Source: Leucoraja ocellata (Eukaryota). Taken from it: DNA of 63,850 nt. Location: the NCBI GenBank assembly GCA_036785375.1, contig JAWMAR010001196.1, positions 248,151 through 312,000 on the forward strand. The letters run 5' to 3'. A model generated the notes under the pieces. The model was not told the DNA's origin, searched no databases, and was given only the letters and a program-made list of their open reading frames with translations. Both the position numbers and the translations under genes were made by a program. The stretch's first letter is position 1. Every line of letters begins with the position of its first letter. This document shows, piece after piece, positions 11,454 through 24,760 of the stretch.

Positions 11454-13896
11454 CAGTTTTTGCCCATTGCTTGAACACTATAGACCCATGCTTAGACCAA
11501 AGTAACACAACTTGAAGTTTTTGTTACTATACCTTAAACACATGTAACCATACCGTAAACAAAAGCACTGCTTTGCACTTTAGTTGCAATTCTGCAACAC
11601 ACTAGCTCCTGCACACTACACACTATTTCATACATAAGACACTTTGTTCAAAAATGAAATCTCAGGGTACCATTGGGAAGACACAGCTATTCAAAATACA
11701 AAACACATCGGGTAATTGAAAACACATAGATACACACCTGAAAATACTTACTTACAACACTGAACACCAATCAGCCAGCTACAAAAAGGCTTCAGTTAAG
11801 CCATTTTGAGAACTTTGCAAGCATGGATGCAGGCAGAGGCAGAGGCAGAGGCAGAGGCGGAGGCGGAGGCGGAGGCGGAGGCGGAGGCGGAGGCGGAGGC
11901 GGAGGCGGAGGCGGAGGCGGAGGACGTGGTCGAAGAGGCCATGCACGGACCATTATTTCCGATGACATAAGAGCAACTTTGGTGGGCCATGTCATAAACC
12001 ATGGCCTGACTATGAGGGAAGCTGGGCAGAGAGTCCACCCTAATCTAAGCCGTTGCACAGTTTCATCCATAATAAGGACATTCCGACTGGAAAACAGGTA
12101 TGTCTTCAACTCTCTACTTTCTACTCTACTCAGATGGTATCTAGAGTATTTACAGTACTGTACCATATCACATTACCGTATCACATGTATTGTATTGCAG
12201 GGTGGCTAATGCTCCTTTTGGAACGAAAGTGGTAGTTTAGTGAAACATACCGTGATTACGTATGTTGAGATGTTTCAGTACAGTGTATGATATATACAGT
12301 AAAGTACAGTATATACAGTACTGTAAAAAAGAAGCAAACCAATAACAATTTGTGGTTGCATTTTGCTATAGAACGACTAGAAGACCTTCTGGGGGTGGAC
12401 GCCAACGCCTGTTCACCCAACAGCAGGAACTTGCCATTGTGGACCAAGTCAGAGCAAACAATGCAATCCGTCTCCAGCAGCTACGGCAACAAATACTTGC
12501 AGATAGGCAAGTGTTCAACAACATAAACCGAGTAAGCATTACCACTATAAGACGCATCTTGGTAAAGCACAAAATGACCATGAAGCAACTGTACAGGGTC
12601 CCATTTGAGAGGAACAGTGTCAGGGTCAAAGGACTTTGACGTGAATATGTACAGGTAAGTGTTACAGTCCTTTACATTTACAATACAGTATTGGTGTAAT
12701 CCAGTAACAGCTGAATATGTACCATTGTATCAGTACCACATAGCCATCCACAATATGTATTTTTTGTTACAGAGAATCTTGACCATGGATGGAGTTGAAC
12801 AGCTTCATGACTTTATTTACATTGATGAGGCTGGATTCAACCTTAGCAAAACAAGACGACGGGGTCGTAATATAATTGACTAAAGGGCAATTGTGCACGG
12901 CCCGGGGCAGCGCGGGGGAAATATCTCATTGTGTGCTGCCATAAGCCTTCGAGGGCTTCTGTACCATCATGCAAAACTAGGTCCATACAATACACAACAT
13001 ATCATCACATTTCTAGATGCTCTTCATAATATAGCTGTACAGGACAGACCAGAGCAGCCCAGGTTTGTTGTTATCGGGGATAATGTCAGTTTCCATCGGG
13101 CTGCTCTGGTCCGGACCTGGTTCACCAACCATAATCAATTTGAAGTGGTATACTTTCCCCCTTACTCGCCATTTCTAAACCCTATAGAAGAATTATTTTC
13201 GGCTTGGAGATGGCGTGTATATGACTGCCAACCACATGCCCGCATGCCTCTTCTGCAGGCAATGGAACAGGCCTGCGGAGACATTGAGGTGAGGTCAATC
13301 CATGGATGGATTCGGCACACAAGGGGATATTTTCCCCGATGCCTAGCGGGAGAAGACATTGCTTGCGATGTGGATGAGATCCTGTGGCCAGACCCCAACA
13401 GACGGCAGGATCCATAAGCCCACCTACAAACGATTGCCGTGTTTTTCTGTGTTTACAGTATAGTGTATTTTTGGTTTTATTTTTGTTTTATTTTTGCTTT
13501 GACTGAATTTACAGTACTGTGAAGTACAGTACTGTAATGTACTATATTGAGTATTTGATTTTTGGGTTGTTGTGAAAACGTGCCTTCTGTGGAACTGAAT
13601 AAAAACAGTGAAAATTAAAGACTGCAGTGTTTTATATAAAGTAGACTAGTGTGTTGCTGCTGATCTGAAAGTGTATTCATATGATGCAAGTGTGTATCAT
13701 TTTGTCATCAGAGTGACGTTTTGACAAAGGATTGTTAGGTTTTCATAGCAGAGTTTAGGTTTCGATAGCAGAGTTTCAATTTGACATGGATGTGAATGGT
13801 TTATTTCCCAGTGTTGTGTCTTATTTGCTTGTGTGTAGAGTTTTGACACAATGAGCGAAGTTTTGCAAAACGTGTTCAAGCAACGGGCAAAAACTG
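11454..13896 (+). mobile_element. IS630-Tc1-mariner DNA transposon (DD35E), full length, transposase split by two introns, two nonsense codons
   Basis: 25-bp TIRs CAGTTTTTGCCC(A/G)TTGCTTGAACAC, TA TSDs; exons 11823-12097, 12372-12654, 12773-13417; motifs IDEAGF, GDNVSFH, PPYSPFLNPIEE. Confidence 0.92.
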
Positions 13897-14214
13897 TAAT
13901 GTTTGGCTTAACATTGCAGACCTCTACGCAGGCCTGCAGTGCAGTGCATCACCACACGGTGGGAGTGTTGACCACTAAATGGGCGGGTCTGCAGTGCAGT
14001 GGATCACCACACGGTGGCAGTGTTCACTCAGATGCCAACGTTTGTAGAAGCCCTGAAACCAGTTAAGATTTGGGATGAAAGTCAAGGATTTGCAGATGCT
14101 GGTTGGAATTACAGCGGGTCGGGCAGCATCTCTGTAGAACATGGATAGGTGACATTTCAGCACAGGAACCTTCACATTTTACTAAAATAAATACATTAAG
14201 ACAAACTAAAATAT

Positions 14215-14470
14215 AGGTAGCACAGTTGTAGAGTTGATGTCTGGCAGTAGCAGTGACCTGGGTTTGACCCTGAACTCTGGTGCTGTCTGCACAGAGTTTG
14301 TATGCTCTATCTGTGACCACAGACATTTCCTCTGGATGTTTGCTTTCCTCCCACATACCAAAGATGAGCAGGTTTGTAAGTTAGTCGGCTTCTGTAAATT
14401 GTCCCTAGTGTAGGTTAGGTATGGGTGATTGCTGGTCAGCATGGACTAAGTGGGCTATCTCTCCAAACTA
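14215..14470 (+). mobile_element. tRNA-derived V-SINE (HE1-like), degenerate; another copy on minus at ~50680-50930
   Basis: tRNA-like head followed by V-domain-like core (gagtttgtatgctc...tttcctcccacataccaaagatg). Confidence 0.6.
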
Positions 14471-15339
14471 GAAACCACTGAATGGGCTGGATTAATACAT
14501 TGTAATTGGATTAAAATTAAGGCCATGAATATTACACTATAACTTTAGCACTAATTTAACCAGGGAATATAACTAGGTCTAAACAGTGCTGGAGGTACTC
14601 AGTGGGTCAGGCACCATCTGTCTGACACAAAGTGGATGGACAGACATTTTGGGTCAGGAACCTTCTTCAGACTGATGGAATAGGTCAGAGAAAGTGGGGA
14701 GAGAGAAGGGAGCAGGACAAAGCCAGGCGAGTGACAGGTGGATACAGGTGAGGGGGTGGTTGGCAGATGGATAGAATAGTGACAGAGGCTGGAGGTGAAA
14801 AGGACATAAAGGTTGTCAGATAAGGAGATGAGAGCATTGAAATGATAAGCCAGAGAGATGGATGTGGGTGCAAGGGGAAGGAGGAAAATATAAGATTCAG
14901 GAATGAGAGATGAGCGTACAGAGGGGTAGGAGCGGTGACTGAGGTGTTGGGGAAGTGTGGACACCAGGGTGGGGGTGCAGGGTAAGATGGGAGTTTCCAT
15001 CAGTATACTCATCTCCCTCTCAAAGTGCCACATTTCCCTTTTACCCCCTTCAGCCCCACCCTGTCCCATTACACCTGTCTATCTCCCTCAAGCTTTACAT
15101 TTCACAGCTCCTCGCCTTCTGAAACATTCTTACCTAACCATCTCCAGCCGTTGTCACTTACTCCACAATCAACCCCTCAACTTATCCACCCATCACTTGC
15201 TAAGCATTACCTCACCTTACCTCACTTTACCACCTTTCCCCCACTCCAGTCTGAAGGATTACAAACAGATACATCTATCCATTTGCTCCGCAGATGCTGC
15301 CTGGCCCACCAAGTTCCTCCAGCTCTCAAAATTCACTTT

Positions 15340-15640
15340 AAAAACAGCCAAAGAACATTTTAAATATTTGGGAATTGAAATCAATAGAAAATATCAAGCT
15401 ATGTATAACGCTAATTATAGTCCCTTACTTAAGAAATTAAATACTTTAATTAAATTCTGGAAAACGCTTCCTATGTCTTTAATAGGTCGAATAAATGCTA
15501 TAAAATTATCTTTATTCCACATATTCTATACCTATTTCAATCAATCCCTATATCTCTACCAAAAAAATTTTTTTTTTAAACTGGACTCAGACATTATAAC
15601 ATTTTATATGGGACTATAAATCCCACAGAATACTAATAAC
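15340..15640 (+). mobile_element. L1/Tx1-type RT fragment
   Basis: FKYLGI...WKTLPMSLIGRINAIK motif. Confidence 0.7.
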
Positions 15641-16480
15641 CTTGAGGGAGGCACAGTTGCTGGGCGCATGGTACCTCATGGCTGTCTCCATCATCACCTG
15701 CTCTTGAAGCTGGTGGCAAGCAAGGTAATTAATGCTGGCCGCCAGCTCTTCATCCAGCGGCTCCCCAACCAACGACGACATTGCGAACTTGGAGACCATG
15801 GTTGGCACATGCACATCTCGCGGGTCCCTTATCGAACGTTCTCCCCGCATCTCAGTGCAATGCGAGTCCGCCCAGGACTGGTGGTCTACACTCCCATCCT
15901 TGGATGGGGAGACATAATGCAGCCCTGCACCAGGCGCTGCTGTGGGCCCCCGAGATCCGCTGTGATATGACTCCCGACCGAGGAGCATATCATGTTGGAG
16001 TATCTTCTCCATAAGATGCTCCACTCGGGAAAGGCGTCCGACAACACTCCCCGTAGGAGGAGGCGAACCCTCCCGGCCGGACTCATCCGAGTCAACCGGC
16101 CTGTTGGACTTGGCCTTCCCGACCCACAGGGTAGCCACAGTGCTCTCCATGGGCACCAAGCCCGAAGTCGCTGGCTGCGCTGTCAACGACTGCGATGGTG
16201 AAACGGAATGCCACCCGCTGACCGCACTCCCGCGGTCTTCCGAAGCGGTTCTCCTTGCGAGACTTCACCCTCGCCTTATCCATGATGTTCTTGCTGTAAC
16301 AAGACAGAAGACAAAACGACCGCAGACTAAGTTCAAGAACTTACCTGGAGGTCTTTTGAAACTTACCGCTGGTGAAGCGACGCGCTTGCCAGCCAGTCAG
16401 AGCGCCATGCGTTAGACAGAATGACGTGCATGCGGGCTGACGGGGTCTTCACGTATTCATTCACGTGACCCCAAAGTAAA
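15640..16480 (-). mobile_element. Probable DIRS-like retrotransposon 5' end / gag fragment
   Basis: GC-rich block with gag-like ORF 15614..16186; family assignment from general resemblance only. Confidence 0.35.
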
Positions 16481-16489
16481 ATGAGGATA

Positions 16490-17290
16490 AATATGAGGTT
16501 ATCCACTTTGGTAGCAAAAACAGGAAGGCAGATTATTATCTAAATGTTATCAAGTTGGGAAAAGGGGAAGTACAACGGGATCCGGGGATCCTTGTTCATC
16601 AGCCAATGAAAGTAAGCATGCAGGTACAGCAGGCAGTGAAGAAAGCGAATGGCATGTTGGCCTTCATAACAAGAGGAGTTGAGTATAGGAGCAAACAGGT
16701 CCTTCTGCAGTTGTACAGAGCCCTAGTCAGACACTACCTGGAGTATTGTGTGCAGTTTTGGTCCCCTGATTTGAGGAAGGACATTCTTGCTATTGAGGGA
16801 GTGCAGCATAGATTTACAAGGTTAATTCCCGGGATGGTGCTGTGATACATTGAGAGAATGGAGCAGCTGGGCTTGTACACTCTGGAATTTAGAAGGATGA
16901 GAGGGTATCTTATTGAAACCCTGAATAATCTTATTAGATTATTACAGGTTTGGACACGTGAGAGGCAGGAAACATGTTCCCGATGTTGGGGGAGTCCAGA
17001 ACCAGGGGCCACAGTTTAAGAATAAGGGGTAAGCCATTTAGAACGGAGATGAGGAAACACTTTTTCACACAGAGAGTTGTGAGTCTGTGGAATTCTCTGC
17101 CTCAGTGGGCAATGGAGGCCGATTATCTGGATGTTTTTAAGAGAGAGCTTGATAGGGCTCTTAAAGATAGTGGTCGGGTGATTTGGGGAGAAGGCAGGAA
17201 CTGATTGGGGATGATCAGACATTATCACATTGAACGGCGGTGCTGGCTTCAGGGCCGAATGGCCTACTCCTGCACCTATTGTCTATTGTG
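16490..17290 (+). mobile_element. CR1 LINE 3' fragment
   Basis: [17 protein letters not shown] motifs; cctattgtctattg tail. Confidence 0.88.
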
Positions 17291-17837
17291 TCCATTTATT
17301 CCACAGATGATGCCTGACCCACCAATTACTCCAGCACTGTTGTTCCTGATATAGTGGTGGTCAGAGGATCTGGGGTGACGGAGGAACTTCAGACTGAGAG
17401 ATCTGGAAAGATGTGGGAGCAGGACAAAAGCTGGCAAGTGATGTGGATAGACACAAATGCTGGAGTAATTCAGTGAGACGGGCAGCATCTTGGGAGAGAA
17501 GGAATGGGTGATGTTTCAGGTAGAGGCTGTCCTTCAGACAATAAATACAAGCAATTGGCACTTGGAGCAATGACAAAGGCGAGAGGTGAAGAGGAGACAA
17601 AAGGTTTAGATGAGGAGAGAGAGATGTGAAGCTGGAGGGCGGGATATGGGTCGAAGGGTAAAGAGGCAAAGATGAAGGTCAGGGATGGGAGATGAGTGTG
17701 GAAAGAGGGGAAGGTGCAGGGTGAATGGGTGATGCGGGGAAAGGGAGAGTCCTCAGTACATTCATCCCTTTTCCCCATCCTATCCCATTGCACTCATATT
17801 CCTTCTACCAGGTTTACAGTTCAGACCTTGCTTTCTC

Positions 17838-17930
17838 CTTCTGAGATGTTCATAATCTTCTGAGATGTTCATAATCTTCTGAGATGTTCATAACCTTCTG
17901 AGATGTTCATAATCCTTCTGAGATGTTCGT
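17838..17930. repeat. 19-20-bp tandem repeat (CTTCTGAGATGTTCATAAT) x~5
   Basis: Direct reading. Confidence 0.85.
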
Positions 17931-18799
17931 AAATCATAGCAGCGACGACAGAGGGTTCATGGCCCCGACCACGGATAAACAAAGGAGGAGGACTGACTGA
18001 ACCTTGTTGCCTTTCGCCACAGTGAAGAATGCTGTGCTGGATGTTTTGTGTTAAATTCTATTGTGTATTGTGTGTTCTTTTTAAGTGTATCGCTGCTGGC
18101 AAATTTATTTCACTGCACCTTTGGGTGCATGTAACGAATACAATTGACTTTGACTTTTACACCTTTAGCCTTTGTCACTTACTGATTCAATTATTTTTTG
18201 TCACATGTACCATGTGAAACAATTAAATGCTTTGTTTTCCATACAACCTAGTAAAATCACGTGGCTGACCTCACCTGGGCAGTACACGATGTTTTGGTGT
18301 TCCACCCATCTGGCAATTTCCTCTCCCCACCCCCACCCCCCCCCCCCCCCCCCCCCACCTGCATCCAGCCATCACTTGCTAGACTATTGCCCCACCTCAC
18401 ATTTCCAGCTTTCTCCCTTTACTCCATCAAGCTGAAGGCTTCTGACCAGATACTTCATTGGTCCATTCCTTCCAGATGTTGCCTGACCCACTGGTTTACT
18501 CCAGCAGACTTTTTTCTCCCTCAAGATTCCAGCACCGTGAATTCTAGTATTTTAAACCAAGAATAATCAGGAAAATACTTTCTCCTCCAAACATTTATTG
18601 GTCTGAAACCAGAGGTGGTTCTAAACAGGTCCTTACCTGCATCCCATCTCCATACAGTTCAGGTCCTGACAGATTGACAAAGTCAGACAATTCAAATTAA
18701 TACACCACTAATGATTCAAAATCTCCCACCATCTTCATCACACCCTTAATCTCACAGCAATACTTTTAACGACAAGGATTTGAAGGGCCTGAGCTCAGG

Positions 18800-20790
18800 G
18801 CAAGGTTGGGCAGGCAAAGAGGAGGCAGAAACGGTGCAAGAGAGAGGGTGTCCGTGCTAGGCTGAGAGATAATGCTAGCTGGCCGGCCAGCTCTCCCATC
18901 TATCCTACTCTCCAACGTCCGCTTCCTGGAAAACAAACTGGACAACATCCAACTTCAGAGGAGTACACAGCGAGCGACTAGGGACTGCTGTGTCTGTGTT
19001 TTACTGAGATCGAGTCCCGGACGTGGCCATTCAGCTAGCCGGGCTAGTCTCGCACCGAGCCGACAGAGAACCATCACAGGTACACAAAAATGCTGGAGAA
19101 ACTCAGCGGGTGCAGCAGCATCTATGGAGCGAAGGAAATAGGTGACGTTTCAGGCTGAAACCCTTCTTCAGACTGATGGGGGTTGGGGGAGAGAAGGAAG
19201 GAAAAAGGGAAGAGGAAGAGCCCGAGGGCGGGGGGATGGGAGGAGACAGCTCGAGGGTTAAGGAAGGGGAGGAGACAGCAAGGGCTAGCAAAACTGGCAG
19301 GATTCAACGTTCATGCCATCCGGCCGCAAGCAACCCAGGCGGAATTTGAGGTGCTGTTCCTCCAATTTCCGGTGTTGCTCACTCTGGCAATGGAGGAGAC
19401 CCAGGACAGAGAGGTCGGATTGGGAATGGGAGGGGGAGTTGAAGTGCTGAGCCACCGGGAGTTCAGGTTGGTTATTGCGGACTGAGCGGAGTTGTTCTGC
19501 GAAATGATCGCCCAACCTCTGCTTAGTCTCTCCGATGTAAATCAGCTGACACCTAGAGCAGCGGATGCAGTAGATGAGGTTGGAGGAGATACAGGTGAAC
19601 CTCTGTCGCATCTGGAACGATTGCTTGGGTCCTTGAATGGAGTCGAGGGGGGAGGTGAAGGGACAGGTGTTGCATCTCTTGCGGTTGCAACGGAAAGTGC
19701 CCGGGGAGGGGGTGGTACGGGAGGGAAGGGAAGAATTGACAAGGGAGTTGCGCGGTAAGACTCGAGGTGGTGGCCTGTGTGTTTACATCAACACTGACTG
19801 GTGCAACAACTCTGTCTTAGTCTCCAAGTTCTGTTCATTGCTGGTGGAGAATGCGATTGTGAGATGTAGACCTTTTTATTTGCCACGGGAGTTTACCACA
19901 GTGCTCATTGTTGCTGCTCACATCCCCCCCAGTGCTAATGCTAAGGAAACACTAGCTGTACTGTACTGTATGGAGCTTTATGCAATCTACAAAACACACA
20001 CCCAGAAGGACTGTTTATTGCCGCAGGAGATTTCAACCGTGCAAATCTCAAAACTGTGCTTCCTAAATGTTACCAACATGTGGACTTTGCAACGAGAGGG
20101 GAGAATGTGCTAGATCTTGTTTACACCAATATACCCAGCGCGTACAGGGTGGAGTCACGCCCCCATCTCGGATACTCAGACCACATCTCTGTCATGCTGA
20201 TCCCAGCATACAGACTGCTTGTCAGATGCTCCAGACCAGCTAAGAAACAGGTGAAGACCTGGCCAGCAGGAGCCATCTCTGCTCTCCAGGACTGCATTGA
20301 CTGGCACATGTTTAGGGAGGCAGCAACCACCAGCGGCACCACTGGCTTGGAGGAGTACACGGCATCAGTGACTGGTTACATCAGTAAATACATTGATGAC
20401 ATTACTGTCACTGAGCTCATCACCACACATCCCCAACAGTAAACCATGGATGACTGCAGAGGTACGTGCGCTGCTGAGAGCCCGAGACACGGCCTTCAGA
20501 GCAGGCGATAAGGAGGCCCTGAGAACAGCGAGGGCCAAACTGTCCCGGGCCATCAGGGAAGCAAAGCGAGCGCATGCAAGGAAAATCCACGGCCACTTCA
20601 GTGACAGCAGGGACACACTGAAGCCGTGGCAAGGCATCCAAGCCATCACCAACTTCAGGACATCAACACCAGCCTGTGACAGCGATGTATCTCTGCCTGA
20701 TGCGCTGAACATGTTCTACACCCGGTTTGATGCACAGAACGACGTGGTGGCGAGGAAGATCACAACCCCCCCCCCCCTGCGACCAGGCGG
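18800..20790 (+). mobile_element. Rex1/Babar 5' half (APE endonuclease region), interrupted by a Penelope-like element and cut off by the CR1-tail satellite
   Basis: [43 protein letters not shown] motifs; frameshifted. Confidence 0.85.
19083..19753 (-). mobile_element. Penelope-like element 3' part (GIY-YIG endonuclease + hammerhead-type motif)
   Basis: NLIYCIRCSRC..YIGETKQRL..HF GIY-YIG; GGTA on both sides; CTGAAGA-stem-GAAACGTC at ~19143-19171. Confidence 0.88.
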
Positions 20791-20792
20791 CT

Positions 20793-23700
20793 ATAGAAGC
20801 ATAGAAGCATAGAGACATAGAGACATAGACACATATAGACATAGACACATAGACACATAGAGACATAGACACATAGACACATAGAGACATAGAGACATAG
20901 ACACATAGACACATAGAGACATAGAGACATAGACACATAGACACATAGACACATAGACACATAGACACATAGACACATAGAGACATAGAGACATAGAGAC
21001 ATAGACACATAGANNNNNNNNNNNNNNNNNNNNNNNNNNNNNNNNNNNNNNNNNNNNNNNNNNNNNNNNNNNNNNNNNNNNNNNNNNNNNNNNNNNNNNN
21101 NNNNNNNNNNNNNNNNNNNNNNNNNNNNNNNNNNNNNNNNNNNNNNNNNNNNNNNNNNNNNNNNNNNNNNNNNNNNNTAGAGACATAGAGACATAGANNN
21201 NNNNNNNNNNNNNNNNNNNNNNNNNNNNNNNNNNNNNNNNNNNNNNNNNNNNNNNNNNNNNNNNNNNNNNNNNNNNNNNNNNNNNNNNNNNNNNNNNNNN
21301 NNNNNNNNNNNNNNNNNNNNNNNNNNNNNNNNNNNNNNNNNNNNNNNNNNNNNNNNNNNNNNNNNNNNNNNNNNNNNNNNNNNNNNNNNNNNNTAGACAC
21401 ATAGAGACATAGACAAATAGACACATAGACACATAGANNNNNNNNNNNNNNNNNNNNNNNNNNNNNNNNNNNNNNNNNNNNNNNNNNNNNNNNNNNNNNN
21501 NNNNNNNNNNNNNNNNNNNNNNNNNNNNNNNNNNNNNNNNNNNNNNNNNNNNNNNNNNNNNNNNNNNNNNNNNNNNNNNNNNNNNNNNNNNNNNNNNNNN
21601 NNNNNNNNNNNNNNNNNNNNNNNNNNNNNNNNNTAGACACATAGACACATAGACACATAGAGACATAGACACATAGACACATAGACACATAGAGACATAG
21701 ACACATAGAGACATAGACACATAGAGACATAGAGACATAGAGACATAGACACATAGAGACATAGACACATAGAGACATAGACACATAGACACATAGACAC
21801 ATAGAGACATAGACACATAGACACATAGACACATAGACACATAGACATAGACACATAGACACATAGAGACATAGACACATAGACACATAGAGACATAGAC
21901 ACATAGAAACATAGACACATAGAGACATAGACACATAGAGACATAGAGACACATAGAGACATAGACACATAGACACATAGACACAGACCCATAGACACAT
22001 AGACACATAGACACATAGAGACATAGACACATAGACACATAGAGACATAGACACATAGACACATAGAGACATAGAGACATAGACACATAGAAACATAGAG
22101 ACATAGAGATATAGAGACATAGAGACATAGAGACACATAGAGACATAGACACATAGACACATAGACACAGACCCATAGACACATAGACACATAGACACAT
22201 AGAGACATAGAGACACATAGAGACATAGACACATAGACACAGACACAGACACATAGAGACATAGACACATAGAGACATAGAGACATAGAGACATAGAGAC
22301 ATAGAGACATAGACACATAGACACATAGAGACATAGACGCATAGAGACATAGAGACATAGAGACATAGAGACATAGAGACATAGAAAAATAGAGACTTAG
22401 ACACATAGACACATAGAGACATAGAGACATAGAAAAATAGAGACATAGACACATAGACACATAGAAACATAGACACATAGACACATAGAGACATAGACAC
22501 ATAGACACATAGACACATAGTGACATAGACACATAGACACATAGAGACATAGACACATAGAAACATAGACACATAGACACATAGACACATAGAAACATAG
22601 AGACATAGAAACATAGAGACATAGAAACATAGACCAGGCAGACCAGAGGAGGCAGTCATACCCCCATCCATATAAACGGGACTGAGGTGGAGCGCGTCTC
22701 CAGCTATAAATTCCTCGGAGTACATATCTCGGAGGATTTGTCCTGGTCCCTCAACACCTCCAAGCTGATCAAAAAGGCACAGCAGCGCCTTTACTTCCTG
22801 AGGAGGCTCAAGAAAGCCCACCTGTCCCCCCAGATCCTGACCAACTTTTACCGCTGTACCATAGAGAGTATCCTGACCACCTGCTTCACGGTATGGTACA
22901 GCAGCTGCACTGCTGCGGACAGGAAGGCACTACAACGGGTGGTGAAAACCGCGCAGTACATCATCGGTGCCCCGCTCTCTGCCATGGATGCCCTCCATCG
23001 AAAACGGTGTCTGGGACGGGCTGGGAAGATCATCAAAGACCCCTCCCACCCCAACCATGGACTGTTTGCCCTCCTCCCATCAGGGAGGCGGTACAGGAGC
23101 CTCAGGTCTCGTACCAGTACGATGAGGAACAGCTTCTACAACAACACAATCACATTGCTGGACTCGGAGTCCCGACGATAGATTTCTCTGGTCCCTCCGT
23201 CCCCATTGTTTAATTATTCTGTATTTCCTGATTATTCTGTATCTTCCCTCTTTCTATTTTTTTTTTTTTTTGTTTTCTTTATGTACAACTACTACGGACT
23301 GACGCAAAACTGCATTTCGTTGTACTGATACTTGTATTTGTGCGATGACATTAAAGTTGAATTGATTTGAAATTGAATTGTAGACACATAGACACATAGA
23401 AACATAGACACATAGAAACATAGAGACATAGACACATAGAGACATAGAAACATAGACACATAGAGATATAGAGACATAGAGACATAGAAACATAGACACA
23501 TAGACACATAGACACATATAGACATAGACACATAGACACATAGACACATAGACACATAGAGACATAGAAACATAGACACATAGACACATAGACACATAGA
23601 CACATAGACACATATAGACATAGACACATAGACACATAGACACATAGACACATAGACACATAGACACATAGACACATAGAGACATAGAAACATAGACACA

Positions 23701-24760
23701 TAGAGACATAGAAACATAGACACATATAGACATAGACACATAGACACATAGAGATATAGAGACATAGAGACATAGAAACATAGACACATAGACACATAGA
23801 CACATAGAGACATAGAAACATAGACACATAGAGACATAGAAACATAGACACATATAGACATAGACACATAGACACATAGAAACATAGACACATAGAGATA
23901 TAGAGACATAGAGACATAGAAACATAGACACATAGACACATAGACACATAGAGACATAGACACATAGAGATATAGACACATAGAGACATAGAAACATAGA
24001 CACATATAGACATAGACACATAGACACATAGACACATAGACACATAGACAGATAGAGATATAGAGACATAGAGACATAGAGACATAGACACATAGAGATA
24101 TAGAGACATAGAGACATAGAAACATAGACACATAGACACATAGAAACATAGAGATATAGAGACATAGAGACATAGAGACATAGAAACATAGACACATAGA
24201 CACATAGACACATAGAAACATAGAAACATAGACACATATAGACATAGACACATAGAAACATAGACACATAGAAACGTAGACACATAGAGATATAGAGACA
24301 TAGAGACATAGAGACATAGAGACATAGAAACATAGACACATAGACACATAGAAACATAGAGATATAGAGACATAGAGACATAGAGACATAGAAACATAGA
24401 CACATAGACACATAGACACATAGAAACATAGAAACATAGACACATATAGACATAGACACATAGAAACATAGACACATAGAGACATAGACACATAGAGACA
24501 TAGAAACATAGACACATAGAAACATAGACACATAGACACATAGAGACATAGAAACATAGACACATAGAAACATAGACACATAGAGACATAGACACATAGA
24601 CACATAGAAACATAGACACATAGAGACATAGAGACATAGACACATAGAAACATAGACACATAGGCACATAGACACATAGACACATAGAGACATAGACACA
24701 TAGAAACATAGACACATAGACACATAGAAACATAGAGACATAGAGACATAGAAACATAGA
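20793..24760. repeat. 8-bp satellite (ACATAGAC/ACATAGAG/ACATAGAA)n with N gaps, contiguous with the CR1 3' tail; interrupted by Rex1
   Basis: Direct reading; continues from the ctattttctatgtttctatg tail of the minus-strand CR1. Confidence 0.95.
22635..23380 (+). mobile_element. 5'-truncated Rex1/Babar inserted in the satellite
   Basis: Near-identical to 8325-9070 (reverse complement); TTGAA-type tail. Confidence 0.9.

Noticed and set aside
11792-12166. Poly-Pro and poly-SA ORFs
   Set aside because: Antisense frames of the (GGCGGA)n tract in the transposase
13950-14020. Two CACGGTG heptamer-like motifs upstream of the orphan Cmu
   Set aside because: No nonamer at 12 or 22/23 spacing and no J or D coding sequence; part of a short local duplication
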